Shown here piece after piece: positions 48,622 through 58,551 of a stretch of DNA of 64,000 bases; the stretch's first letter is position 1; every line of letters starts with the position of its first letter. The DNA lies in contig CAWDVP010000006.1 in the NCBI GenBank assembly GCA_963805945.1, forward strand, positions 224,001-288,000, written 5' to 3'. Origin of the DNA: Vulcanimicrobiota bacterium. GTDB lineage: Bacteria > Vulcanimicrobiota > Vulcanimicrobiia > Eremiobacterales > Eremiobacteraceae. Position numbers and translations under genes: made by a program. The notes beneath the pieces are model-generated. The model ran no database searches. It was given only the letters and a program-made list of their open reading frames with translations, and was not told the DNA's origin.

Positions 48622-49467
48622 ATGCCAGACAAGATCACCGCGCCGGCAATCCGGTTGCGAAAAGGCGGCAGCAAGATTGCCGTGATCACCGCATACGACG
48701 CGCCCTCGGCGCGCATCGCCGACCGCGCCGGCGCCGACATCATCCTGGTCGGCGATTCGCTCGGCAACGCTGTGCTCGGCTACGACGACACGTTGTCGGT
48801 GACGGTCGATATCATGGTCCGCCACACCGCGGCGGTCACGCGCACCAAACCGCGCGCGCTCGTCGTCGGCGACATGCCGTGGCTGAGCTACCACCTCTCC
48901 CCTGCCGACAGCGTCCGCAACGCCGCGCGCTTCATCGTCGAAGGCGGCGCCGGAGCGATCAAGCTCGAGGGTGGACGCAAGCGGTTGCCGATGGTCGAAG
49001 CGATCCTCGCGGCCGAGATACCGGTGATGGGTCATCTCGGGCTGACGCCGCAATCCGTGCACGCCATGGGCGGCTTCAAGGTGCAGGCGAAACTCGCCGA
49101 GGCGGCCGCCGAGCTGGTGGACGACGCACGCGCGCTCGCCGAGGCCGGCGTGTTCGCCGTCGTGCTCGAGGGCATCCCCGATATCGTCGCCGCGCGCGTC
49201 ACGCGCGAGATCCCCGTGCCGACGATCGGTATAGGCGCGGGACCGCAATGCGACGGTCAAGTGCTCGTGTTCCACGACGTGCTGGGTTTGAGCGCGGGCA
49301 CCCCGCCGAAGTTCGTGCGGCGCTACGCGTCCCTGGGCGATGAGGCGGTTGCGGCGGTCAAGCACTTCTTCGATGACGTCCGCTCCGGCGAGTTCCCCAA
49401 CGAAGCCGAGACCTATCACATGCCGGACGCCGACGCGCAGGAGTTCCAAGCCGGCCGACGCGGTTGA
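48622..49467 (+). CDS. panB: 3-methyl-2-oxobutanoate hydroxymethyltransferase
   Basis: TAYDAP, LVGDSLG, GDMPW, KLEGG, MGHLGLTPQSV, GIGAG..CDGQVLV.HD. Confidence 0.96.
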   Translation: MPDKITAPAIRLRKGGSKIAVITAYDAPSARIADRAGADIILVGDSLGNAVLGYDDTLSVTVDIMVRHTAAVTRTKPRALVVGDMPWLSYHLSPADSVRNAARFIVEGGAGAIKLEGGRKRLPMVEAILAAEIPVMGHLGLTPQSVHAMGGFKVQAKLAEAAAELVDDARALAEAGVFAVVLEGIPDIVAARVTREIPVPTIGIGAGPQCDGQVLVFHDVLGLSAGTPPKFVRRYASLGDEAVAAVKHFFDDVRSGEFPNEAETYHMPDADAQEFQAGRRG

Positions 49468-50423
49468 AGATCCTCTTCTGCGACGAGGGCTACTCGGAGG
49501 CGCGCCGGCAGCTGGCTGCGCTCGTGCCTGCGCATGAGATCGCGTGGTGCGCGCGCGACGCGGTCGCCAGGCACCTCGGCGGCGTCGACGTCATCGTGCC
49601 CTACATGGCGGCGATAGACGCGCATATCATCGGGACCGGCTCGTTCGGTCTCGTCCAGCAGTTCGGCGTCGGTTTGGAGAGCGTCGACGTCGAAACCGCG
49701 ACGCGCGCAGGGGTGTGGGTCGCACGCGTGCCGAGCGGGCAGACCGGCAACGCCGAATCGGTGGCCGAGCATGCGGTTCTTCTCGTGCTCATGCTCGCCC
49801 GTCATACCTCTGATGCCCGCAGTGCCCGAGCGAAGCTCGGGGAGCCATCGGGCCTTGCGCTTTTGGGCAAGACGGCGTGCATCGTCGGCGTGGGCGCGGC
49901 CGGCGGCGCGCTCGCGACTCGTCTCACCGCGTTCGGCATGCGCCTCATCGCGGTGCGCAAGAACGCCGCCGGCACACCGCCGCCGGGTGTCCGCTTCGAA
50001 AAGGTCTACCCGCTGGCTCAGCTCTCCGACGCGGTACGCGAGGCGGACTTCGTCGTCATCACAGCGCGCTATGAACCAGACGCGCATCATCTCGTGGATC
50101 GCCGTGTGCTGGAGTCGATGCGCCAAGGCTCGTTCATCGTCAACGTCGCGCGAGGCGGTTTCGTCGACCGCGCGGCGCTCGAGGCAGCGCTGCGCTCCGG
50201 GCGTGTCGCCGGTGCCGGTCTCGATGTTGTCGAAGGCGAACCGCTCGATCCTGGTGATCCGCTCTTGTGTTTGAACGTTATCGTCACGCCGCATATCGCG
50301 GGAGTGACTGACGTGTCCTATGCCGGCATCGCTCGCGTGGTCGGCGAGAACATCCGGCGTTATGAGAGCGGCGAAGCTCCCTTGCACGCGGTCAACAAAC
50401 CGCCCAGACCACGCGGCAGATGA
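49464..50423 (+). CDS. D-isomer-specific 2-hydroxyacid dehydrogenase
   Basis: NAESVAEH, GKTACIVGVGAAG, VNVARGG, AGLDV..EP, TPHIAG. Confidence 0.9.
   Translation: MKILFCDEGYSEARRQLAALVPAHEIAWCARDAVARHLGGVDVIVPYMAAIDAHIIGTGSFGLVQQFGVGLESVDVETATRAGVWVARVPSGQTGNAESVAEHAVLLVLMLARHTSDARSARAKLGEPSGLALLGKTACIVGVGAAGGALATRLTAFGMRLIAVRKNAAGTPPPGVRFEKVYPLAQLSDAVREADFVVITARYEPDAHHLVDRRVLESMRQGSFIVNVARGGFVDRAALEAALRSGRVAGAGLDVVEGEPLDPGDPLLCLNVIVTPHIAGVTDVSYAGIARVVGENIRRYESGEAPLHAVNKPPRPRGR
49819..49841 (+). repeat. Family C REP-like hairpin in-frame in the dehydrogenase gene
   Basis: GCAGTGCCCGAGCGAAGCTCGGG; encodes RSARAKLG. Confidence 0.82.
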
Positions 50424-50433
50424 GATCGCCGTG

Positions 50434-52716
50434 CTACATCCTCGAAGCGCGCTGATCCGTTCCGGGGCCGGCATACCACGCGCCGAAACCCCGCAGCCAT
50501 AGGTCGCCGGCCGCCTTGTCCGGCGGCGGTGCGACGACGTAGAACCTCGTCCAGGTGATCGGCCAGCGCGCCTGCACCGGCACGACGAGATTGATCGTGC
50601 GCCAGCCGTTCCAATCGACGTGGCGCGCCAATGTCAGCGACTCGTTGATGCCGTCGCCGTTGCGGTACGCACCGCGCAGCCAGGCGCCGCTCGCATCGCC
50701 ATAGACCTCGATGTTCACCACGAGCGGTTCGCCCGGGATCGCTATCTCGCTTTGAACGCCGGCCGCGCGAGAGCCGCCCGGCGCGCCGAGATCGAAGCTC
50801 AGATGGAGCGCGCTCGCTCCGTCAGGCGCTTTGCCCGACTCCAATGAAGCGCTGAGCTCGGCAGGACTGCGATACAGGTGCCATTCGCCGGCGGCTTCTC
50901 CCAGCGGGAGCGCAGACTGCAGGGCCACTTTGTGCGCGCCGACGAGCAGTTCCGCGTCCGCGCGCGCTCCGCCGGCGCGGGCGATCACCACCGACTTCGA
51001 CGGCTGCGCGGCCGTCTTGAACACGCCGTTCCCGCCCAACACACCGGCATCGCCCGCCGCGCTCCACGCCACCTTGTCGCGATCGACCGCGATCGCGGCG
51101 CCGTTGCCCGCGCTGGCGACCGCGCTCAGTTCGACGAGCACCGAGGGAGGATACGCGCGCTCGAGCCGCGCGACGGCCAGCTGCGCGACCGATGCGACGA
51201 CGCTCGTCTTGAACTCGCCGCGGATAGCGCCGCTCTGCGCGACCACGTCGACCTCACCAGGCCGCAGCGCGGCGAGAACGCCGTTCGCGTCGATCGTCGC
51301 CGGACCGCTCGCGACCGAGAACGTGACGGGACCGCTCGCGGGCACCGGCTGGTCGTTCGCGTCCACGCCCTGCGCGGTGATCGCGAGATGGCTGCCTGCC
51401 AGCACCGCTTGCGCGTCGGCGCGCAGCACGAGGCGCGCGGGAGGTCCGGGCGACGCGCTATTGACGACGAACAAGCCGTCGGCGATCGAACGCTCCCGGC
51501 CGTCCGACGGCACGTTCGCGACGCTCACTTTCGCATCGCCCAAACGCCGCACCACCATCTCGGTCGAGCCGCCGCTGTCGAACGCCATAGCGTCGCTCGC
51601 GCCTAGCGACGCGAGCAGCGCGCCGAGCATCGGGCGCGTCACGCCTACCGAGCGGCTTGGCGCGCGCCCGTCGATCGCCACGAGCCACAGCGTCGCGCCA
51701 TCGGCGGAGATCCCCGCGCCGGTGAGCGGATAGCGGACGTCGCGTTCCTCCGGAGACGGTGCGTTTGGATCCTCATACGCGACGCCGCCTTTCAGGAGCA
51801 GCGGTCCGCCACCCACCCCTTCGCGCGGTCCGATCAAACCGGGCGTCCATTGTTGGCTCAGCCGGACGGAATCGCCGGCGTGGAAGTTCTGGAGCAGCGC
51901 AACGCCCGCCGCGCCGCGCGCCGCGATGCCAAGATCATCCGGCCGCAACGGGAAGAACGTAGGCTGGTCCGCTGCGGCCTTCGCCACGCGATAACCGCCG
52001 TCGCCCTGCGGCTCCAGGATCACCTCGGTGGCGCCGCCGGCCGCCCCCGGCAATCCGAAGCGTTGCGTGAAGAGCATGAGCTGCGTGCTGGCCGACCAAT
52101 CGTTCACGGTATCGATGGTCGTCGTCACGCCGCTGGAGCCGGTGACGACGAGCTGCCAGGCCACGGGTCCCAACGACACGCTCTTGTCTTGGCCGACCAC
52201 AAAGGCGGCTCGGCCGTTCGGCTGATGCTGCACGACGCCGTTCGAGAGCACGAGATTGGTCGGCATGCCGCTCCCGCTGATATCGTAGTAGTCCGCGTTG
52301 ATACCCGCTTCTGCCCCGCTGCGGTCGGCCATCGTCGAGAGCGCTTCGCCGAAGCCGATGATCTGGTCGTTGCGCGTGCCGATCCTCAGGTCGACATCAG
52401 GGTTGCGCAGATCGACGCGGGTGATGGAAAGCGTCAGCGGACCCGTCGCCGTGTCGAGGTGCCAGCGCTCGAAGTCGACGCCCGGCCCGAGATGCTCGCT
52501 CGCACGAAGCGATCTGACGACCGCCGGCCAGCCTGCCGGATGCACGAACGCCGCAGATGAGAAGACATACGTCCCATCGTTATCGACGCTAGTGCGCTGC
52601 GGTTCCACGATCGTCGTGGTCGTGCTGTTCGTGGACGTGGCCGCCGCCGCTGCGAGCGCGGCGCAGGCGGTAAACGCGAGGGCGGCGGTGAACACGCGCC
52701 GTGCATGGACGAACAT
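50434..52716 (-). CDS. Secreted phosphodiester glycosidase (NAGPA-like) family protein with Ig-like/carbohydrate-binding domains
   Basis: AGINADYY, GGGPLLL, YPLTGAG, IDGR..SVG, FDSGGST, NVPSDGRERSIADGL, VDWNGWR. Confidence 0.8.
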   Translation of the reverse strand: MFVHARRVFTAALAFTACAALAAAAATSTNSTTTTIVEPQRTSVDNDGTYVFSSAAFVHPAGWPAVVRSLRASEHLGPGVDFERWHLDTATGPLTLSITRVDLRNPDVDLRIGTRNDQIIGFGEALSTMADRSGAEAGINADYYDISGSGMPTNLVLSNGVVQHQPNGRAAFVVGQDKSVSLGPVAWQLVVTGSSGVTTTIDTVNDWSASTQLMLFTQRFGLPGAAGGATEVILEPQGDGGYRVAKAAADQPTFFPLRPDDLGIAARGAAGVALLQNFHAGDSVRLSQQWTPGLIGPREGVGGGPLLLKGGVAYEDPNAPSPEERDVRYPLTGAGISADGATLWLVAIDGRAPSRSVGVTRPMLGALLASLGASDAMAFDSGGSTEMVVRRLGDAKVSVANVPSDGRERSIADGLFVVNSASPGPPARLVLRADAQAVLAGSHLAITAQGVDANDQPVPASGPVTFSVASGPATIDANGVLAALRPGEVDVVAQSGAIRGEFKTSVVASVAQLAVARLERAYPPSVLVELSAVASAGNGAAIAVDRDKVAWSAAGDAGVLGGNGVFKTAAQPSKSVVIARAGGARADAELLVGAHKVALQSALPLGEAAGEWHLYRSPAELSASLESGKAPDGASALHLSFDLGAPGGSRAAGVQSEIAIPGEPLVVNIEVYGDASGAWLRGAYRNGDGINESLTLARHVDWNGWRTINLVVPVQARWPITWTRFYVVAPPPDKAAGDLWLRGFGAWYAGPGTDQRASRM

Positions 52717-53538
52717 ATGCCTGTGGTGCGTCGCGGTCCGGGGCGGTCCCTGCGCGCGCTCATCGTGGTGATCGGGCTCGCAGTGCCGGCGTTGCCGTTG
52801 CGCGCCGACGACGCGGTGCCCATCGCGCTGCATCTCATCCCAGGGACCTACGTGACGAGCGAGTCGCTCGTGCATCTCGTGACGATCGACATCAACAAGA
52901 CGCTCAAGGCCATGGCGGCCGGCCGCGCGGAGGATAAGACGGTGCTCGAAGACCGCGCGATCGTGCTCACCGTCCAAGCCGCCGGTGCGGTGAGCGAGAT
53001 CGAGACCAACACGCGGCGCTACGGCGGCAATTCGAAGGACACGGACACCAAGGAGCGCACCAACTCGTACCAAGGGACCATCGCGCCGGACGGCGTGCGC
53101 ACGCCGCCGCAACCCGTCCTCGAGGATGCGGGCGACGGCGCGCTCGACCAGCTGCCGGACATCCCGCTCGCGCCCGGGCAGCAATGGACGTTCACGCGGC
53201 CGATCAAGACGGACCGAGACCTCGGTCAGGGCACGATGACCTACACGGACAAGGTCGTGCGCGTCGACGATCGAGCCGGCCACAAGATCGCGACCATCGA
53301 GGTCACCGGCGTGGGGCGCATCGACCCCGCGTCGGATCTCGCGGCGCATGGCTTCAAGACCGCGGAGATGAAATTCGGCGGCACCGCCGAGTTCGACACC
53401 ACGGCCGGCTTGCCGGGCGTGCAGCATTACACCGGCAAGGTCACCTGGACGACGGTCGTGATGATGCAACACATCCCGGTCACGTTCAACGACGCCTACG
53501 ACGCGACGCCGCTCGTCCCGAGACCGCCCAAGACTTGA
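52717..53538 (+). CDS. Secreted hypothetical protein (DUF6263-like)
   Basis: Signal peptide; LPDIPLAPGQQW and GTAEFDTTAG motifs. Confidence 0.62.
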   Translation: MPVVRRGPGRSLRALIVVIGLAVPALPLRADDAVPIALHLIPGTYVTSESLVHLVTIDINKTLKAMAAGRAEDKTVLEDRAIVLTVQAAGAVSEIETNTRRYGGNSKDTDTKERTNSYQGTIAPDGVRTPPQPVLEDAGDGALDQLPDIPLAPGQQWTFTRPIKTDRDLGQGTMTYTDKVVRVDDRAGHKIATIEVTGVGRIDPASDLAAHGFKTAEMKFGGTAEFDTTAGLPGVQHYTGKVTWTTVVMMQHIPVTFNDAYDATPLVPRPPKT

Positions 53539-54365
53539 CCGCGTTCGCCGACCTCACCGAGAGCCCGCGGCTGACCGCGGCGCTGCTCGGCGCGCTCGAT
53601 AGCGCGGGTCTGCGCGATATCGCATCCGCGTGTGTGGTCGATATCGGATCGTCCGCGTTCGCCCATTGGCGCGGCGACGAGGATATCTATCCTGCGAGCG
53701 TCATCAAGATCGCGCTGATGGCGGAAGCATATCGGCGCTACGCGACGGGCGATATCACGCCCGACGATCGCGTCGTCATCGAAGCGCGCAATCTCACGCC
53801 GACCGCCGAGGCGACGCCGCTCGTCGCCGGCTACGAGGCGCGCCTCCGCGAACTCGTCGAGCTCATGATCGCGCGCTCGGACAACATCGCGACCAATCAG
53901 CTCATCGATGTGCTGCGGCGCGAGCGGGTCACCGCCGCGATGCGCGCGCTTGGTCTCGAAGGATTTCTGCTGGGCCGCAAGCTCTCCGGCGCCGATCCGC
54001 TCATCGACGATCCGGAGATGACGGGCCGCAATTCGATGAGCGCGATGAACGCGGCTCGCTTGCTGCATCTGATCGCGACGGACGCCGTTCCCGGCGCGGC
54101 AACGCAACGCGACATCCTCGCCCGCTGCGTGGACGACGACAAGCTCGCGCCTGGTCTGCACGAGAGCGACCGCTTCATGCACAAGACGGGAGAGACGAGC
54201 ACGGTGAGCCACGACGCGGGCATCGTGATGACCGCGCGCGGCGATCCCTACGTCGTCGTGCTCTACACGACGCCCGAACCCGCGCCCGGCGGCGGGGATG
54301 CGTCGCACGTGAACCCGCGCATGGTGCGATGGATGAGCGCGCTGCGGCCGGCTTTGGTGCGATAG
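53535..54365 (+). CDS. Class A beta-lactamase-like serine hydrolase
   Basis: SxxK (ASVIK), SDN, HKTG, HDAG; TTG start overlaps the upstream TGA. Confidence 0.85.
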   Translation: MTAFADLTESPRLTAALLGALDSAGLRDIASACVVDIGSSAFAHWRGDEDIYPASVIKIALMAEAYRRYATGDITPDDRVVIEARNLTPTAEATPLVAGYEARLRELVELMIARSDNIATNQLIDVLRRERVTAAMRALGLEGFLLGRKLSGADPLIDDPEMTGRNSMSAMNAARLLHLIATDAVPGAATQRDILARCVDDDKLAPGLHESDRFMHKTGETSTVSHDAGIVMTARGDPYVVVLYTTPEPAPGGGDASHVNPRMVRWMSALRPALVR

Positions 54366-54413
54366 GTCACACGCGTGCCAGGGTGCCGAGGGGCAGAGGC
54401 GAATGTATGATTT

Positions 54414-57400
54414 GTGCCTGACACCCCTATCGTCGTCACCCTTCCTGAAATGGGCGAATCCGTCGCCGAAGGCACCGTCACGAGCTGGCGCAAGCGGCTC
54501 GGCGATGAGGTGAAAAGCGGCGAAGCGCTCGTCGACGTGACCACCGATAAGGTGGACGTCGAGGTGCCGTCGCCCGCGGCCGGCCGCGTTTCGAAGATCC
54601 TCGCGCAAGAGGGCGCCACCGTCAAAGTCGGTGCACCGCTCGCGGAGATCGACCCGTCCGCCAACGGCGCGGCCGAAACCCGACCGCCCAAAGCCGCAGA
54701 GGCGAAATCCAGCGCAGCACCCGCGACGAAGATCGAGCAAGCCCGACCGGCGCAACGCCCGACACAGGAGCCGGCGACGTCTCGCGACGCGTCACCGCTC
54801 GCACGCCGCGCCGCCGCGATCCGCGGCGTCGATCTTGCGAAAGTGGCCGGCAACGGCCCCGGCGCGACGATCCGTCGCGATGACGTGCTGAACGGCGAGG
54901 CGGCGCCCGCCCCCGAGCTTCGCTCGGGCACTACGGACACCGCCCCCGTTGCCAAACCGCCCGCGATCGCGGCGCCGCCCCGCGTGACGCTGCCCGCTGC
55001 GGTTCCCACGGCAGCGACGCCGCAAGCAGTCGAACAAACTCGACCACAACAAACGCCGCCCGACAAACCGGTCGAACAAGTTCGACCGCTACAGCCCTCT
55101 TCAAGAGCCGAGGCCGCGCCGCCGCTTCCCCCGGGCGCGACAGCAACGCCGATCAAAGGCCCTGCCGCGTCGCTCGTCACGTATATGGAAGAGAGCTTGT
55201 CGATCCCCACCGCGACGAGCTTCCGCACGATGTCGGTCGGACACGCTTGAAGTGCGGCGCCGCGATCTCAACGCGGCGCTGCGGACCGCCGGCCGCGACG
55301 AGAAAGTCTCCTTCACCCATCTGATCGGTTTTGCGCTCGCGCAGGCGACGCATCAGGTCCCCGCGATGACGGCGGCGTTTCGGCGCGAAGACGGACAACC
55401 GACGCGGGTGGAGCAGGGCTGCAACCTCGGCCTCGCCGTCGACATGCAGCGTAAAGACGGCAGCCGTTTTCTCGTGGTGCCGGTGATCCGCGACGCGGAC
55501 AAGCTCGATTTCGCGGCGTTCCACAAGACCTACGAATCGCTCGTCGCGCGTGCGCGCGGCAACACGCTCACACCCGCGGATATGGCGGGCGCCAGCATCA
55601 CGCTGACCAATCCGGGCGGCATCGGCACCGTCGCCTCCGTGCCGCGGCTCATGCCGGGCCAAGGCGCGATCATCGCAACCGGCGCGATCGGCTATCCGCC
55701 CGGCTTGGGCTCCGTGCCCGAATCGTCGTTGCGCGCCATGGGCGTCGCCAAAGTCATGACGCTCACCAGCACGTACGACCATCGCGTCATCCAGGGCGCG
55801 CAGTCAGGCGAGTTCTTGCGCCGCATCGAAGAGCTGCTCAACGGCGCGGACGGCTTCTACGACGCGCTCTTCGTCAGCCTGGGCCTGCCCAGGCCGACCG
55901 CCGCGCCGAACCTCGAAACGCGCGCGCCGGGGACCGAGCCCTCGACGGTCAGTCCGGACGTCATCCGTGCCGCCACCGCCGCCGCCTCGCTCATCGCCCG
56001 GTACCGCACGTTCGGCCACACGGCGGCCACGCTCGATCCGCTCGGCGAGCCGCCGGCAGGCGATCCGGCGCTCGATCCGGCCAGCCTCGGTTTGACACCA
56101 CCGCTCATGGAGTCGGTACCCGCGTCGGCGCTGCGCCTCCATCTGCCCGGCAACACGCTGGCGGAGCTGCTGCCGCGCTTGCGTGAGACATATTGCTCGA
56201 CCATCGCCTATCAGATGGAGCACATCTCCAGCCACGAGCAGCGCGGCTGGCTGCGCGAGCAGATCGAGTCAGGCGCGCACACACGGCCGCTCACCCGCGA
56301 GGAAGCGCTCAAGCTGCTCGACGCGCTCACCAGCGTCGAAGTCTTCGAACGCTACTTGCGCAAGTCGTTCCTCGGCCAGAAGACCTTCTCGATCGAGGGT
56401 CTGGACGCGATGATCCCGATGCTCGAAGAGATGGTCGACCTCATGGCGGCCGACGGCATCGGCGAAGTCGATCTCGGCATGGCGCACCGCGGCCGGCTCG
56501 CGGTCATCACGCACGTCGTCGGACGGCCGTTCGAGGAGGCGCTGCGCGAGTTCGAGCTCGCCGACAAGCGCGGCGACACCGACCTGCCGGGCGATGTCAC
56601 GGGCGACGTCAAGTACCATCAGGGCGCCGAAGGCGTGCGCCAGTCGCCAGCGGGCAAGAACGTGCGCGTCGTGCTGGCGCACAACCCTTCGCATCTCGAA
56701 GCGGTGAACTCGGTCGTCGAGGGCCGCACGCGCGCCTCGCAGACCGACCGCTCGCGCAACATCGCGACCCAGGACACGCGCAAAGCCGCCGCCGTGCTGA
56801 TCCATGGCGATGCGGCGTTCCCAGCGCAAGGCAGCGTCGCCGAGGTGCTCAACATGCAGTCGCTGCCCGGCTACACTACCGGCGGCACCGTCCACATCAT
56901 CGCCAACAACCAGATCGGCTTCACCACGACGCCCGGCGAGGGCCGTTCCACGCGTTACGCGAGCGATCTCGCCAAAGGCTTCGACATCCCCATCATCCAT
57001 GTCAACGCGGATGACATCGAAGCGTGCATCGCAGCGGTCCGGCTGTCGGTGGGCTTCCGCCGCACCTTCAAGCGGGATATCCTCATCGACGTGGTCGGCT
57101 ACCGGCGCTCCGGCCACAACGAGACCGACGAGCCCGCGTACACCCAGCCCATCATGTACGAGCGCATCAAGAACCATCCGACCGTGCGCGAGATCTTCGC
57201 GCGGCGTCTGGTGGAGCACGGCACGATCGGCGAGGACGATGTCGCGCGCCTGCTCGAAAACGCGCAGCGGCGTCTCGCCGGCGCGCATGCCGCCGTCAAG
57301 GCGGGCGCCGGTGCAGCCGCTGCGGAGCCTTCGAGCGCCCCGGCGAGCGATGGCGCGGCGGTCGACACGCGCATCTCGGCCGCCACCCTGCGCGCGCTCA

Positions 57401-58551
57401 ACGAGCAGCTGCTCGCGGTGCCCGACGGCTTCACCGTGCATCCCAAGCTCGTCCGCCAACTCGACCGGCGGCGCGCGTCGCTCGCCTCGGGCAGCGAGAT
57501 CGATTGGGCGACCGGCGAATCGCTCGCGTTCGGCTCGCTGCTGCTCGCCGCCAAGCCGGTCCGGCTGACCGGCCAGGACACCGAGCGCGGCACCTTCAGC
57601 CATCGGCATCTCGTGCTGCACGACCCGCGCAGCGGCGCGTCGTGGACGCCGATGCAGCACCTCAAGGAGGCGCGCGCCTCGTTCGAGGTCTTCAACAGCC
57701 CGCTCTCCGAGCTCGCCTGCGTCGGCTTCGAGTACGGCTATAGCGCCTCGGCACCCGATGCGCTCGTGCTGTGGGAAGCGCAGTTCGGCGACTTCTTCAA
57801 CGGCGCACAGGTCATCATCGATCAGTTCATCTCGGCCGGCCACGCGAAGTGGGGTCAGCTCTCGCGCCTGACGCTGCTGCTGCCGCACGGCTACGAGGGG
57901 GCGGGACCCGAGCACTCGAGCGCGCGGCTCGAACGCTTTCTCCAGCTCGCCGCGCAGGGCAACTTGCGCATCGCCAATTGCACCACGCCCGCGCAGTACT
58001 TCCATCTCTTGCGCGACCAGGCGCTGTCCGCCAAGGGACGCCCGCTCGTCGTCATGACGCCGAAGAGCCTGCTGCGGCTCAAGGCGGCCAGCTCCACGCT
58101 CGGCGACATGACCGAGCACGGCTTCATGCCGGTCATCGACGATCCCGAGGTCCGCGATCGCAAGAAGATCGAGCGGCTCATCTTGTGCAGCGGCAAGATC
58201 TACTACGACCTCACGCTCGACCCGCTGCGCCCGGCGGCGAACAACCTGGCGATCGCGCGCGTCGAACTGCTCGAGCCGTTCCCGCTCGACGACGTGCTCG
58301 CGCTGGTGAAATCCTACCCCTCGCTCAAGACGGTCGCGTGGGTGCAGGAAGAGCCGAAGAACATGGGCGCGCGCGCTTTCGTGTCGCGCCGCCTGCGCGA
58401 GCGCCTGACGCCGATGAAGATCGCCTTCGGCTACGTCGGCCGGCCGGACCGCGCGAGCCCGAGCGAAGGCTACCCGGGTCCGCACGCGGTCGAGCAGGAG
58501 CGCATCGTGCGCGAAGCGCTCTCGCAGTCCATCTATAAGGAAGCGCAATGA
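54414..58551 (+). CDS. sucA: Multifunctional 2-oxoglutarate dehydrogenase: lipoyl domain + peripheral subunit-binding domain + E2 acyltransferase + E1 (one frameshift near 55240)
   Basis: TDKVDVEVPSP lipoyl-Lys, SPLARR...VDL..V.G.GPGA.I...DV, TYDHRVIQG, GMAHRGRL, GDVKYH, HGDAAF, LWEAQFGDF, LPHGYEG.GPEHSSAR. Confidence 0.9.
54912..54934 (-). repeat. Family C REP-like hairpin in-frame in the sucA linker
   Basis: Plus strand CCCGAGCTTCGCTCGGGCACTAC; encodes PELRSGTT. Confidence 0.88.
55024..55092. repeat. Two family A REP-like units in the sucA linker
   Basis: AAGCAGTCGAACAAACTCGACC (QAVEQTRP) and CGGTCGAACAAGTTCGACCGCTAC (PVEQVRPL; GTAG on the minus strand). Confidence 0.8.

Noticed and set aside
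50434..53472. 1012-aa ORF as one protein, and other long antisense ORFs such as 56269-58548 and 7334-9361
   Set aside because: These are high-GC shadow or off-frame ORFs overlapping better supported genes; the glycosidase signal peptide begins near 52716.
53535..54365. Antibiotic-resistance beta-lactamase
   Set aside because: It has SxxK/SDN/KTG but no signal peptide or clear class A omega-loop ExxLN, so it is better called a generic serine hydrolase.
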